Source of the DNA: an uncultured delta proteobacterium | GTDB taxonomy: Bacteria > Desulfobacterota > BSN033 > UBA1163 | DNA: 64,000 nt | NCBI GenBank assembly: GCA_963708295.1 | Contig: CAVPSJ010000004.1 | Coordinates: forward strand, 736,001 to 800,000 | Direction: 5' to 3' | In this document: positions 52,407 to 62,434 of the stretch, one piece after another | Position numbering within the stretch: the stretch's first letter is position 1 | Layout of the letters: each line of letters begins with the position of its first letter | Made by a program: the position numbers and the translations under genes | The notes under the pieces: model-generated | What the model saw: the letters and a program-made list of their open reading frames with translations, nothing else | The model's database searches: none | Told to the model about the DNA's origin: nothing

Positions 52407-53804
52407 TTATCTCCAAAGGCCCTCCTGGGGGAGGGGCCGCCCTCTCTTTCCGGTGGGCATCAGGAAAATAAGGGGAATCGTCAATAACAGCCCCAAACCG
52501 AAAGAGAGAAAGGTAGCGCTGAAACCACGGGCAGGGGTGGAACTCGAATGGAGGATCATCGTGATGAGTGAAATTCCGAACGCTCCTCCGACAGACCTAA
52601 ACATTCCTCGAAGCCCTGTAATCGTAGCCACCTTTTCGGGCATCAGTTCAATACATGCATTGTTGGAAGCGGGAAGGGCAATTCCAATACCGATTCCAGT
52701 CATCATGATCAGGACCGCTAGGATTTCAGCGACTCCCAAATGAATACCGATCGCTCTCAGCAACCGGAGTCCGTGGCTGTCGAGGAGAAGGGTGGAAATG
52801 GAAACGATGGTCAAACCCAGGAGCATGGGCGGTCGGTAGCCCCATCGCTTAAGAAGAAAGCTGGTGATTGCCGAGGCGGGAATGATTCCGAGAGAGCGGG
52901 GAGTGAGGATCATCCCGCTTGCCAGCGTGGATAACTGATGCACGGTGGTCGCATAGAGTGGGATAAAGGCGAAGGTTCCGAACACTGCGGCACCTACGAT
53001 CATGTTATAGAGGTTTGCTGCCAGAAAAGGCTTTGATCTCAACAAGGCCATGTCGAGAATGGGGTTAGAATCCTTTTTCTCTTGATAAACAAAGAGGGAA
53101 AAGAAAGAAAAACTGACGAATAGGAAAACGACGGTTAAGAGAAGGGACAAAGTGGAGGAGCTCTCGGCAATAAGGTTAAGGCCCAGCATGAGGAAAAGTA
53201 TTGCTCCAAAGAAAAAGGAAGCTCCTACAAAGTCAATGTGGGGCCGAGAAAGAATCTTTGAGTCTTTGAGTAACATCATGATCAGAATTGCCAAGCCGAT
53301 CCCGATCGGTAGATTAATATAAAAAATATACCGCCAGGAATATCGGGTGACGATCCAGCCGCCTAAGTTTGGGCCGACAATACCACCGATGGGAAAGATA
53401 CTTGTAAAAAGGCCAATGGCCCTCTCCCGATGGCCGGGAAACTGATCACTCACGATGCCGGCTGCGGTAGGGAGAAAGCTTGCCCCTCCAACGCCCTGCA
53501 GGAACCGAAATGCCACTAGGCTGTAGATATTGGGCGCAAGGCCGCAGGCGAGGGAACTGGCCGTAAAGAGGAGCAGAGAGATCAGAAAGACCTTCTTGCG
53601 GCCAAAGCCATCGCTCAGGTTGCCCATCAACGGCATCACGCTCGTCACCGCAATCAGGTAAATTGAAATGGTCCATGCCGCCCAGAGGACATTGGTGTTG
53701 AAATCCTTTATAAAATTGGGGAACGCGACAGCCACCACGGTACTGTCGATGGAGTACATCAAAAGGCCCAAACCGGCAGAAGCAAAAATGAAGTAACGAC
53801 GCAT
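52407..53804 (-). CDS. DHA2/EmrB-type MFS transporter
   Basis: IDSTVV.VA.P, GNLSDGFGRKK, RFLQGVG, GPNLGG, WRYIFYINLPIG; ATG 53804 preferred because a promoter (TGGACA-N17-TATAAT, 53851-53879) overlaps the GTG at 53852. Confidence 0.92.
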   Translation of the reverse strand: MRRYFIFASAGLGLLMYSIDSTVVAVAFPNFIKDFNTNVLWAAWTISIYLIAVTSVMPLMGNLSDGFGRKKVFLISLLLFTASSLACGLAPNIYSLVAFRFLQGVGGASFLPTAAGIVSDQFPGHRERAIGLFTSIFPIGGIVGPNLGGWIVTRYSWRYIFYINLPIGIGLAILIMMLLKDSKILSRPHIDFVGASFFFGAILFLMLGLNLIAESSSTLSLLLTVVFLFVSFSFFSLFVYQEKKDSNPILDMALLRSKPFLAANLYNMIVGAAVFGTFAFIPLYATTVHQLSTLASGMILTPRSLGIIPASAITSFLLKRWGYRPPMLLGLTIVSISTLLLDSHGLRLLRAIGIHLGVAEILAVLIMMTGIGIGIALPASNNACIELMPEKVATITGLRGMFRSVGGAFGISLITMILHSSSTPARGFSATFLSFGLGLLLTIPLIFLMPTGKRGRPLPQEGLWR

Positions 53805-54069
53805 CTTAACAATGATCCGTAAGGTTCGAGGGTACTCAATAACAGGCCACATTATAATGGGAGTTCACGCAATTGTCCAAATGCAGTTCCGAACGAAAAC
53901 GAGGTCAGCCCGTTGACATTTGACGCCCCTGTTTTTCTAACCCAAGGAATCCATTCAATCCAATTTGCCGCGACTAATCCCCAGCTAGGCCTGACACAGA
54001 AGTCCACACCCCCATCAGCTCATTTATTCCCCCCCAGGAAGAATTCATTTTCAGAGAAGGCAGTTTTTC

Positions 54070-54099
54070 TTGACTTTTCATCAAGAGACTGAATAGAAT
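54070..54099 (+). promoter_or_regulatory. Candidate sigma70 promoter of larB
   Basis: TTGACT-N18-TAGAAT. Confidence 0.5.
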
Positions 54100-54116
54100 G
54101 TTTTTTGGAGAAAAGA

Positions 54117-54866
54117 ATGAATGTTCGGAAGCTTGAAGATCTTCTGAGAAAAGTAAGATCGGGAAAGACGACGCTCGATGAGGCCATGGCGGAATTGAAG
54201 TCTCTTCCCTTTGAAGACCTTGGATTTACCAGGATTGATCATCATCGCAGTCTTCGAAAGGGCTTTCCGGAGGTGATCTGGGGACAAGGAAAAACCTCCC
54301 GACAAATTCTCTCCATCATGAAGCTGTTGAAGAGGAAAGGGCAGAACATACTCATCACGCGGTTGGAAGAAAAAAAGGTTAAAGCAATACAAAAGGTTTT
54401 TCCAAAGAGCCGGTACTACCCGAAATCTCGGGTCCTGACCTATCTCACCCACGCCATCCAGTCTGAAGGGAAAGGAACGATTCTGGTCATTACAGCAGGA
54501 ACGACAGACATCCCTGTTGCCGAGGAAGCCGCGGTCACGGCTCAATTCATGGGGAATCGTACGGAGACCCTTTATGATGTGGGTGTCGCGGGGATTCACC
54601 GACTCCTTTCCGAGAGGCAGAAATTAGAAGCCGCGCGCGTCCTGGTCGTGGTCGCTGGAATGGAGGGAGCTTTGCCCAGCGTTATCGGGGGATTGGTGGA
54701 CCGACCTGTCATTGCTGTTCCTACAAGCGTCGGGTACGGGACCAGTTTCGGAGGAATCACCGCACTGCTGGCCATGTTGAATTCATGCGCCTCAGGTGTG
54801 GCCGTCGTCAATATTGATAACGGATTTGGCGCTGGCTATCTGGCCGGCCTGATCAATCGACTATGA
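54117..54866 (+). CDS. larB: Nickel-pincer cofactor biosynthesis carboxylase LarB
   Basis: DHHR..RKGFPE, AGTTD.PVAEEA, DVGVAGIHRL, AGMEGAL, PTSVGYG, LNSCA, NIDNGFGA. Confidence 0.93.
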   Translation: MNVRKLEDLLRKVRSGKTTLDEAMAELKSLPFEDLGFTRIDHHRSLRKGFPEVIWGQGKTSRQILSIMKLLKRKGQNILITRLEEKKVKAIQKVFPKSRYYPKSRVLTYLTHAIQSEGKGTILVITAGTTDIPVAEEAAVTAQFMGNRTETLYDVGVAGIHRLLSERQKLEAARVLVVVAGMEGALPSVIGGLVDRPVIAVPTSVGYGTSFGGITALLAMLNSCASGVAVVNIDNGFGAGYLAGLINRL

Positions 54867-54945
54867 ACCCTATTCCCTCCTCCAGTCCTCTCTGCATCGA
54901 GAGGGATGGGGGAGGGATGTCGCAGGAAAAAGAAGGAAGGACGTT

Positions 54946-55578
54946 GTGAATTGGCTTAAGGTCGTCAATGAAGGAATTCCTTTAATTCTTCTTATCGGCA
55001 TAGGCTTTGTCCTCTACCGAGGACTCAGAATTAACCAGAGGATTCTCTCGGAAAGAGAGGAGTTGTTAAAGCGTTATCTTCTCTTTCGAGGAGACAGACA
55101 GGTCCGCTTGAAGATTTACGGAGCGGATGAAAAGGTCTATAGGGACCTCCTCCGGAACATTTCGAGCAGCTGGAAAAACTTCAAGAAGGCCTACGATGAG
55201 TGTCTCCTTTCTTTAGCGAAGAATACCACGAGGACGAAACGCTTCTTACAGCTCATCACCTTGGGCCTTTTGATCAACACGGCGAGGCTTTTTGTAGAAG
55301 ACTGCTACTTTTTTGGTTTGGATGTCCACTTTTTCTATACGATGGCAAGAGAACTGTCCAGCTATGTTCTGGTGGTACTCAGTTTCTTTCTGTTGAGGAG
55401 CCAGACTCAGACTTTCCTGACCCTGAAAGGGGAGGTCGTGAGGATGGATCGGGAGATCCTATTCTTCTCGAACAATATAGACAATCAGGAAGAACATGAG
55501 GGTCTTTTCAATGAATTTGATCCTCTGGAGGAAAAAGGAACGGATGATGGGAAAGAAGATCAGAATCCTCGTGAGTGA
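54946..55578 (+). CDS. Hypothetical membrane protein
   Basis: 210-aa ORF with about 3 hydrophobic segments and an AGGA RBS; no family recognised. Confidence 0.7.
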   Translation: MNWLKVVNEGIPLILLIGIGFVLYRGLRINQRILSEREELLKRYLLFRGDRQVRLKIYGADEKVYRDLLRNISSSWKNFKKAYDECLLSLAKNTTRTKRFLQLITLGLLINTARLFVEDCYFFGLDVHFFYTMARELSSYVLVVLSFFLLRSQTQTFLTLKGEVVRMDREILFFSNNIDNQEEHEGLFNEFDPLEEKGTDDGKEDQNPRE

Positions 55579-55921
55579 GCTAAAGGTCGAAGCCGAGCTG
55601 AATGCATCGAAAACAGCCCAACTGATCTGGGAATCTCTTCCGATCGAAGGAAAAGCTAATCTCTGGGGCGAGGAGATCTACTTCCCCATTCCGGTAAAGA
55701 CCGGACTGGAGACGGGGTCAAGGGAGGTCGTCTCGGCAGGAGAATTGGGATATTGGCCGACCGGGCATGCCTTCTGCATCTTTTTCGGACCCACTCCCGC
55801 AAGCCGGGGAGACGAGATTCGAGCAGCCAGTCCAGTCAATATCCTTGGAAAGGTCTTATCCGACCCCAACGTTTTCCTCAAGGTGAAAGAGGGAGCTAAA
55901 ATCACGTTGGAAAAAGTCTAG
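55547..55921 (+). CDS. Cyclophilin-like fold protein (DUF369-like)
   Basis: LPIEG..N.WGEEIYF, GELGYWP.G.AFCIFFGPTP.S, ASPVN..G. Confidence 0.85.
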   Translation: MGKKIRILVSELKVEAELNASKTAQLIWESLPIEGKANLWGEEIYFPIPVKTGLETGSREVVSAGELGYWPTGHAFCIFFGPTPASRGDEIRAASPVNILGKVLSDPNVFLKVKEGAKITLEKV

Positions 55922-55931
55922 GGTTCGGAAC

Positions 55932-56000
55932 AAAATTCCAAATCCCGAATTCCAGTTTCCAAATAAGCTCCAAGTTCCAATTTCAAATGATCGAAACGTT
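55932..56000. repeat. Half copy of the AT-rich 7-mer element
   Basis: AAATTCC AAATCCC GAATTCC; TTCCAAATAAGCTCCAA (55957-55973) is identical to 20006-20022. Confidence 0.7.
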
Positions 56001-56054
56001 TTTGTTTAAATTGAGTAGGGTGGAGTTTGCACTTCGGGAAGAAAATGAGCCAGA

Positions 56055-56537
56055 TTATTTTAAGGAAGATTTGGATCTATAACGTTCCAATTTTGCTCCA
56101 TTGATCAACACCTCGCGTAGACTCCTCTGCACCGCTTCATCATCGATTTCCCGGAGAAGATTTTCAATTCGGTCCAAAGTCCCCTGGTCAAGGGGCTCGT
56201 CTTCCCTCAAAAGGGTTTTGGGAGGGGCCGGGAGGGTTGGGGAAACCTTCCCCAATTTGAATCGGATGTCTTGGATCAGAGGTTCCTGCAAGAAGGCGTT
56301 CACCTGGTCCAGAAGAGTAGGTTTGAGAAACTGGAGTTGCTGCATCCAGGTGGAATGGCTGACATCGACGAAGAGGATCCGATTTCGAATGGAACGGGGT
56401 TGGGAATGTTCTGCCACGGACTCCCCTACAATTTCATTCCACACTCCCAGGATGGAATGGGTCTTCAACGGAACATCAATCTCCAGGGTCTTCAAGGTTT
56501 TCTCAAGAATGGATTGGATGGATTGGGGCTTCTTCAT
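56055..56537 (-). CDS. DUF721 / DciA-family protein
   Basis: W.EIVG..VA.HSQP..I.N.ILFV.V..S.W.QQL pattern, DIRFKLG. Confidence 0.82.
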   Translation of the reverse strand: MKKPQSIQSILEKTLKTLEIDVPLKTHSILGVWNEIVGESVAEHSQPRSIRNRILFVDVSHSTWMQQLQFLKPTLLDQVNAFLQEPLIQDIRFKLGKVSPTLPAPPKTLLREDEPLDQGTLDRIENLLREIDDEAVQRSLREVLINGAKLERYRSKSSLK

Positions 56538-56552
56538 AGGTTATTAAGAAGA

Positions 56553-56688
56553 AAACCCGAAATCCGAATATTGAAATCCGAAACAAATTCAAAATTCCAA
56601 TTTCAAAATTCTAGACTTTATGTTTGGGAAATTGACATTTCGAACATTCGGGCTTGTTTCGAATTTCGGATTTCGTGCTTCGAATTTA
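56553..56688. repeat. AT-rich 7-mer periodic long hairpin
   Basis: 56664-56687 is the exact reverse complement of 17643-17666 (24 nt); arms are complementary. Confidence 0.85.
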
Positions 56689-56701
56689 GAACTTCCACTT
56701 A

Positions 56702-58270
56702 TTATTCAAATGAGATCTTTGCGGGATCAATCCGTGGAAAGAGAGGACTGGGTTTGGCCACCTTCCTTCCTGGCTTCAGGCCCCCCCACTTTCCGTTCTC
56801 CTTTATCTTCTGCTCCCAAATATTTTCCTCCACGCCGAGTTGGGCCCATATCTTCTCAGAGGTGGACGGTATGAAGGCAGCGAGCAGCAGGGCACTGAGT
56901 CGAATAGATTCCAGCGCGTAATAAAGCACCGTTCCAAGCCGTGACCGATCTTTTTCAGACTTGGCCAAGGCCCACGGGGCTGTTTCATCGATATATTTAT
57001 TGCCGGCGTTTACAATCTCCCAGATCGTGACGAGGGCTTTATTGAAGGCCAGATCATCCATCTGCTGCGAGATTTGGGGGAAAACTTTTTCAGAGACTTC
57101 TTGAAGTCCCCGATCTACATCCTGTGGGTCGGAAGGGCTTGGAATGAGACCGTTAAAATACTTGACGACCATGGCGAGCGCTCGGCTGAAGAGGTTACCC
57201 AGGTCATTTGCTAAATCGCTATTAATCCGATGAATCACAGCCGCATGGGAGAAATCGCCATCCATTCCGAACGAGACTTCTCGCATGAGAAAATACCTGA
57301 CCGCATCCACCCCGTAAGTATCAATCAGCCGATTCGGCTCCACCACATTCTGAAGGGATTTGGACATCTTTTTCCCTTCGATCGTCCACCAGCCATGGGC
57401 GAATACCATTTTAGGAGGCGGCAAGCCAATGGCCTTCAGCATGGTGGGCCAGTAGACGGCGTGGGTGGTGAGGATGTCCTTGCCGATCAGATGAGTTGCC
57501 TCCGGCCAAAATCGGGAGAAGAGATCTTCCCGAGAGCCGTAAGCAATCCCACTGATATAATTGATCAGGGCGTCAAACCAGACATAAGTCACGTATTCGG
57601 CATCAAATGGAATCTCAATTCCCCATTTCAACCGCTTCTTCGGTCTCGAAATACAGAGGTCTTCCAGGGGACTTTGGAGAAACCCCAAGATCTCATTCCT
57701 TCGCGAAACGGGAAAGATAAACCGCTCACTCTTTTCGATGGTTTCCACCAGCCAGGATTGATACTGGCTCATCCGAAAAAAATAATTCTTCTCTGAGATC
57801 TCAATCACCGGACGAAGACAATCCGGACATTTCCCTTCGATCAGATCCTTTTCGGTCCAGAACCGTTCGCAGGGGACACAGTACCATCCGTTATAATTGT
57901 CCTGGTAGATTTCTCCACGATCGTAAAGATCCTGAAGAATCTTCTGAACGACTTCTTTGTGGCGCGTTTCTGTCGTCCGGATGAAATCATTGTTGGAAAT
58001 GTTTAGTCTTTTCCAGAGGGACTGGAATCGCACCACCATTTCATCGCAGTGAGCCTTCGGATCAACCCCGCGCTCCTGAGCGGCTTTTTCCACCTTCTGC
58101 CCATGTTCGTCCGTGCCCGTGAGAAAAAAAACCTGATACCCCTCCAAGCGTTTATAACGGGCCAGGATGTCAGCCGCCACCGTCGTATAGGCATGGCCGA
58201 TATGGGGGATATCGTTCACATAATAGATGGGGGTGGTGATGTAGAATGACTTCTCAGAGTTGAGAGGCAT
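56702..58270 (-). CDS. metG: Methionine--tRNA ligase (no C-terminal tRNA-binding domain)
   Basis: YITTPIYY, HIGH, GTDEHG, CxxC knuckle, YVWFDAL, KMSKS, LFPRI. Confidence 0.98.
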   Translation of the reverse strand: MPLNSEKSFYITTPIYYVNDIPHIGHAYTTVAADILARYKRLEGYQVFFLTGTDEHGQKVEKAAQERGVDPKAHCDEMVVRFQSLWKRLNISNNDFIRTTETRHKEVVQKILQDLYDRGEIYQDNYNGWYCVPCERFWTEKDLIEGKCPDCLRPVIEISEKNYFFRMSQYQSWLVETIEKSERFIFPVSRRNEILGFLQSPLEDLCISRPKKRLKWGIEIPFDAEYVTYVWFDALINYISGIAYGSREDLFSRFWPEATHLIGKDILTTHAVYWPTMLKAIGLPPPKMVFAHGWWTIEGKKMSKSLQNVVEPNRLIDTYGVDAVRYFLMREVSFGMDGDFSHAAVIHRINSDLANDLGNLFSRALAMVVKYFNGLIPSPSDPQDVDRGLQEVSEKVFPQISQQMDDLAFNKALVTIWEIVNAGNKYIDETAPWALAKSEKDRSRLGTVLYYALESIRLSALLLAAFIPSTSEKIWAQLGVEENIWEQKIKENGKWGGLKPGRKVAKPSPLFPRIDPAKISFE

Positions 58271-59039
58271 GGATGGTAATCTCTCCCCCTTCCTCCAGTT
58301 CAACGGTCACGGTTTGGCTGAGGACATTTTGACGAATGACCTTTCCCTTGCCGGAGCGAGTCATGATATACTTACCCACTTTGGGGAGATCCTTTTTTAG
58401 ATCGACATAAGTTGGAAATTCATAGGCCAGGCAGCACATCAGACGGCCGCAGACTCCGGAGATCTTCGTCGGGTTGAGGGCCAGGTTCTGTTCCTTGGCC
58501 ATTTTGACAGAGACCAGTTCGAATCGGTTCATGAATTTGGCGCAACAGAGCTCCCTCCCGCAAGTTCCGAGGCCGCACACCATTTTGGCCTCGTCCCTGA
58601 CTCCAATCTGCCGCATCTCGATCCGCATCCTGAATTCCGAGGCCAAATCCTTGACCAGCTCCCGAAAATCAATGCGCTTTTCAGAGGTGAAATAGAAGAG
58701 CGCCTTCGAGCGGTCTAAGAGGATCTCTGTCTTGACCAGCTTCATCATCAGATTCTTCTCCTTAATTTTCTGGAGACAGAATTGAAAAGCCTCTTTCTCC
58801 AACTGCTGGTTTCCCTTGTATTGTTCCAGGTCTTCAGCCGTGGCTTTCCGGGTCACCTTTCTTGGAGATTTCAGGAAGAAACGCTTTTCTTTCTCATGCG
58901 GTGCAGAGAGAATCTTTCCCAGGACCAACCCCTTTTCAGTCTCTACGATCACGTCTTCCCCTGCTTCGAGGGAAAGTTGGGTTGCATCGAACTCTTCTGT
59001 TTTCCCGTTAGGTAATTTGACAAAAACCAAGCGAATCAT
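58254..59039 (-). CDS. PSP1 / YaaT (RicT) family protein
   Basis: RIDFRELVKDLA, RIEMRQIGVRDEAK, CGRELCC, KISGVCGRLMCCL. Confidence 0.95.
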   Translation of the reverse strand: MIRLVFVKLPNGKTEEFDATQLSLEAGEDVIVETEKGLVLGKILSAPHEKEKRFFLKSPRKVTRKATAEDLEQYKGNQQLEKEAFQFCLQKIKEKNLMMKLVKTEILLDRSKALFYFTSEKRIDFRELVKDLASEFRMRIEMRQIGVRDEAKMVCGLGTCGRELCCAKFMNRFELVSVKMAKEQNLALNPTKISGVCGRLMCCLAYEFPTYVDLKKDLPKVGKYIMTRSGKGKVIRQNVLSQTVTVELEEGGEITIHASQL

Positions 59040-59044
59040 CTTTT

Positions 59045-60028
59045 CTATCCTTCAGCCCATGAGAGCATCATGGCTTCAAGGGCTAAGCCCGTATTGGCAT
59101 TGGCTTTGATGGCCAGCGTGGTCTGATGAAGAGTTTCCATCCGTTTCAAAAGAGACGGAAGACTCCAGGTCATCGCCATGGACTCCATCACCTGCAGGAG
59201 GTCCGAATGGATCAGGTTGGCCCCTTTTTTCAAAGTTTTCACCATCACTAAATCTCTCAACAAAGTCTTCGTCACTTCGAGGATCAATACGAGATTGTCT
59301 CGTTGAGAGGGCAAGGACTCCACCCAATTGCCGATCCTTTCAAAGGAAAGAGATTTCATTCCCGCCCAGTCCTTCAAGAGGGCTTCTCTGGGAATCTGGC
59401 GGATCTCTTCCTGGATCTCCAAGGCCTTTCCGGGACTCCCTTCCGAAAGAGTAGCCAGAAGATGGGCTTCCGCCTGATCGAAGCCTTTACCCTCCATCAA
59501 CCATTTTGAAACCAGGGGGATGGCCAGAGGATTGAATCGCACCGGCTGGCATCGTGAAAGGATCGTGGGGAGTATGAACCTGGAGTTATTGGCCAGGAGA
59601 ATGATCACCGTATGGAGGGGAGGTTCCTCGAGTGTTTTAAGGAGAGTATTCGGAATATGAGGAGCCATCCGGTCTGCAGCCGTGAGGATACAGACACGAC
59701 GCTTCCCCTCGTAGGGCCTGTAAGCCAGTTCCTTCTGCAACTGCCTGACCTGATCGACCTTGATGTTTTGTCCTTCCCGTTCAATGACCAGGACGTCGGG
59801 ATGAAGACCGTGGTCAATCTTCTTGCACGAAATGCAATGATCACAGGCATCTCCTCCCTCCCCTTCTCCGAGACAGTTCAGTGCCTTGGCAAATTGGAGA
59901 GCCACGTACTTCTTCCCGATCCCTTCACTTCCCAAAAAAAGATAGCTGTTAACGACCTTCTCGTTTGTGATCGCACGCCGCAGTAATGTAATGGCCCTGG
60001 AATGTCCTAAAACGTCCTTGAATGCCAT
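59045..60028 (-). CDS. holB: DNA polymerase III delta' subunit
   Basis: SYLFLG..GIGK, C..C.SC, HPD, LLKTLEEPP, TILSRC; tmk-holB-PSP1-metG order. Confidence 0.95.
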   Translation of the reverse strand: MAFKDVLGHSRAITLLRRAITNEKVVNSYLFLGSEGIGKKYVALQFAKALNCLGEGEGGDACDHCISCKKIDHGLHPDVLVIEREGQNIKVDQVRQLQKELAYRPYEGKRRVCILTAADRMAPHIPNTLLKTLEEPPLHTVIILLANNSRFILPTILSRCQPVRFNPLAIPLVSKWLMEGKGFDQAEAHLLATLSEGSPGKALEIQEEIRQIPREALLKDWAGMKSLSFERIGNWVESLPSQRDNLVLILEVTKTLLRDLVMVKTLKKGANLIHSDLLQVMESMAMTWSLPSLLKRMETLHQTTLAIKANANTGLALEAMMLSWAEG

Positions 60029-60061
60029 GGTTTTCCGCTATTTAGTATCTGTCCATAATCC

Positions 60062-60153
60062 GTCATGCCGGACTTGATCCCGCATCCAGAGACCCTCGAA
60101 AATACTGGATTCCGGCTGGAGTTTACCCCGATGAAAATCGGGGCCGCAATGAC
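60062..60153. repeat. GTCAT..ATGAC palindromic element with a nested CCCCGAT/ATCGGGG hairpin
   Basis: GTCATGCCGGACTTGATCC..ATCCAG..CTGGATTCCGGC..CAATGAC. Confidence 0.7.
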
Positions 60154-60159
60154 ACTTCT

Positions 60160-60843
60160 CTATTGAAACTTTAGTTTATGGACAGACGCTATTGAGTTCC
60201 TATTCTTTCCACTCATCAAATTATCAACGATTTTTTGAATCTTTTCAAAGACTTTTTCTTCCCCTTGCCGGGTATCAATCACCTTCACCCGGCGGGGTTC
60301 TTTCCTGGCTATGGCAAGATATCCTTTCCTGACCCGGCGGTGAAATTGAATCTCTTCCCTTTCAAAACGTTCTTCTCTTTCTCGTTTCAGCGCCCGATTC
60401 CTTTGAATCGCCCTTTTCAATCCTACATCGGAAGGACAATCCAGAAGGAAGGTGACATCGGGCCGGATGCCGTGCGAGGAGAGATGATTGAGGCGTTCAA
60501 TCCATTTCAAATCGATCCTTCGCCCATAGCCCTGATAGGCAAGGGTGGCATCACTGAAACGGTCACAAAGGACGACCCCTTCCTTTTCTACAAAGGGCTT
60601 GATGATTTCTATCACATGTTGTGCCCTGGCTGCTTCGTAGAGGAGAAGCTCCGTCATCGGGACCATCTCGCGATGGTCCGGGTTGAGAAGGATTTTCCTT
60701 ATCTTTTCGCCAATCGGGCACCCTCCTGGTTCTCGGGTTACTTTACAGTGGATGCCTTTATGGGTGAGATATTTTTTCAGGCGTTGAATCTGAGTGGTCT
60801 TACCGCTCCCCTCGACCCCTTCGAAAGTAATAAAGAGAAACAA
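60160..60843 (-). CDS. tmk: Thymidylate kinase
   Basis: FITFEG.EGSGKTT, REPGG, RAQH, CDRF, AYQG.GR. Confidence 0.97.
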   Translation of the reverse strand: MFLFITFEGVEGSGKTTQIQRLKKYLTHKGIHCKVTREPGGCPIGEKIRKILLNPDHREMVPMTELLLYEAARAQHVIEIIKPFVEKEGVVLCDRFSDATLAYQGYGRRIDLKWIERLNHLSSHGIRPDVTFLLDCPSDVGLKRAIQRNRALKREREERFEREEIQFHRRVRKGYLAIARKEPRRVKVIDTRQGEEKVFEKIQKIVDNLMSGKNRNSIASVHKLKFQ

Positions 60844-61024
60844 TTCTGTGACCTCCAGATGAATAAATCATCGTAAAGAAAACATTCTTAAATCTAATCT
60901 ATTCCCGGAAAAAAACCGATGACTCTCTTTCGAAATACTAACTCATTTCTTTCTATTTTTCCTTGTGCTTCACGGACGCAGAGGCATCTTCAGATTCCAC
61001 AGAGGATCGCCCCGTCCAACATAT

Positions 61025-62080
61025 TCAGATCAAATAGCTCCACCCGTATGGATCTGGTTTTTCTCCATACTGGATTCCCGTAATCTCATCATAGAGCTTC
61101 TGAGAAAGAGGCCCGATCTTTCCCTTATTGATGATGACTCGCTTCTTGTTATGATGAATCTCACCCACAGGAGAGATGACGGCCGCCGTCCCACTCCCGA
61201 ATGCCTCCTTTAGTTTCCTCTCCTTTGAAGTTTTGAAGATTTCGTCAATAGAGATCATCCGTTCAAGCACTTTAATATTCCAATCTTTTGCCAGGTGGAT
61301 CACCGAATCCCGTGTGACTCCGGGGAGAATCGTGCCTCCCAAAGGAGGGGTGATTAATTTATCGCCGACATAAAAGAAGAGATTCATTGTTCCTACCTCT
61401 TCAACATATTTTCTCTTTATTCCATCCAGCCATAGAACCTGGGTGAAGCCCTTCTTTTTGGCTTCCTCAGCCGGCAAAAGGGTCGCCGCGTAATTGGCGG
61501 GGGTTTTTGCAGCCCCGAGCCCCCCTTTTGCTGCACGGATATATTCTCCCGGCGTGATCAGTTTCACGGGATTGATCCCTTCTTTGTAATAGGCCCCTAC
61601 GGGAGAGGTGATGATCATAAAACGATAAGTCTCAGAGACTTTCACACCGAGAAAATTCTCAGTCGCAAAGACGAATGGGCGAATATAGAGGGAGTACCCC
61701 CTTTTTCTCGGGACCCATTCCTGATCGAGTCTCACCAGCTCTTTCAATCCGTCCATGAAGATGTCAAAACCGATCTCGGGGATACAGAGCCTCCGGCAAG
61801 ACCGGTTCATCCGTTCATGGTATTTTTGAGGTCGGAAAATATTAATTGCCCCCATTCGGGTATAAAATGCTTTGAGACCCTCAAAGATCATCTGCCCGTA
61901 ATGGAATGAGCACATCGCGGGGAAGACCTCAATCGTCCCATAGGGAAGGATTTGGGGTGGACCCCATTCCCCATCTCTATAGTCCATGATCAACATGTGA
62001 TCTGAAAAGACCTCCCCAAAACCCAAATTTTCGAAATCGATTTGTTCTCTTCTGCTGTGGTCTGTTTTCGTGATTTCCAT
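61025..62080 (-). CDS. ilvE: Branched-chain amino acid aminotransferase
   Basis: FG..FSDHM, HYGQ..FEGLKA, LYIRP, G.AK..NYA, EEVGTMN, ILPGVTR, GSGTAAVISPV; AGGAG RBS. Confidence 0.96.
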   Translation of the reverse strand: MEITKTDHSRREQIDFENLGFGEVFSDHMLIMDYRDGEWGPPQILPYGTIEVFPAMCSFHYGQMIFEGLKAFYTRMGAINIFRPQKYHERMNRSCRRLCIPEIGFDIFMDGLKELVRLDQEWVPRKRGYSLYIRPFVFATENFLGVKVSETYRFMIITSPVGAYYKEGINPVKLITPGEYIRAAKGGLGAAKTPANYAATLLPAEEAKKKGFTQVLWLDGIKRKYVEEVGTMNLFFYVGDKLITPPLGGTILPGVTRDSVIHLAKDWNIKVLERMISIDEIFKTSKERKLKEAFGSGTAAVISPVGEIHHNKKRVIINKGKIGPLSQKLYDEITGIQYGEKPDPYGWSYLI

Positions 62081-62113
62081 TTGTGAGCACTCCTTCTGAC
62101 AGCAACGGTCGGT

Positions 62114-62238
62114 TTGACCGGCAAGTGCCCCGAAAGCCCGCCTTGTAAGCAGGGTCCAGGGGCACAATCAAAAAAGTTTTTCCTTACCGGGAAGCCCCGG
62201 CGTGCCTGTCCCGTCCTGACGGGGTGGCCGGGAGCTTT
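62114..62238. repeat. Two GC-rich palindromic elements upstream of ilvE
   Basis: GTGCCCC..GGGGCAC (62125-62165), whose reverse complement aligns with 12424-12505; AAGCCCCGG..CCGGGAGCTT (about 62192-62237). Confidence 0.6.
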
Positions 62239-62353
62239 AATAAGGGCAGATTCCTAGCAGAACCTTTTAATGGCGACTATTATACCCTTATGATGAATGA
62301 AAATGAAATCTAAAATCAAGAGGGGACGGGATGAGGGCTTTTAACTTGCCTAA

Positions 62354-62382
62354 TTGACAACATTCATATACAACCATAGTAT
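62354..62382 (+). promoter_or_regulatory. sigma70 promoter of the selenoprotein gene
   Basis: TTGACA-N17-TAGTAT; GAGGAGG RBS downstream. Confidence 0.6.
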
Positions 62383-62434
62383 AAGTGATATTTATTGGCG
62401 ATGGAGTCAATTTCAATGAATTGAGGAGGAGGGT

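Noticed and set aside
62081-62240. T-box or riboswitch upstream of ilvE
   Set aside because: No T-box consensus or leader peptide; the hairpin matches the dispersed repeat at 12424-12505.
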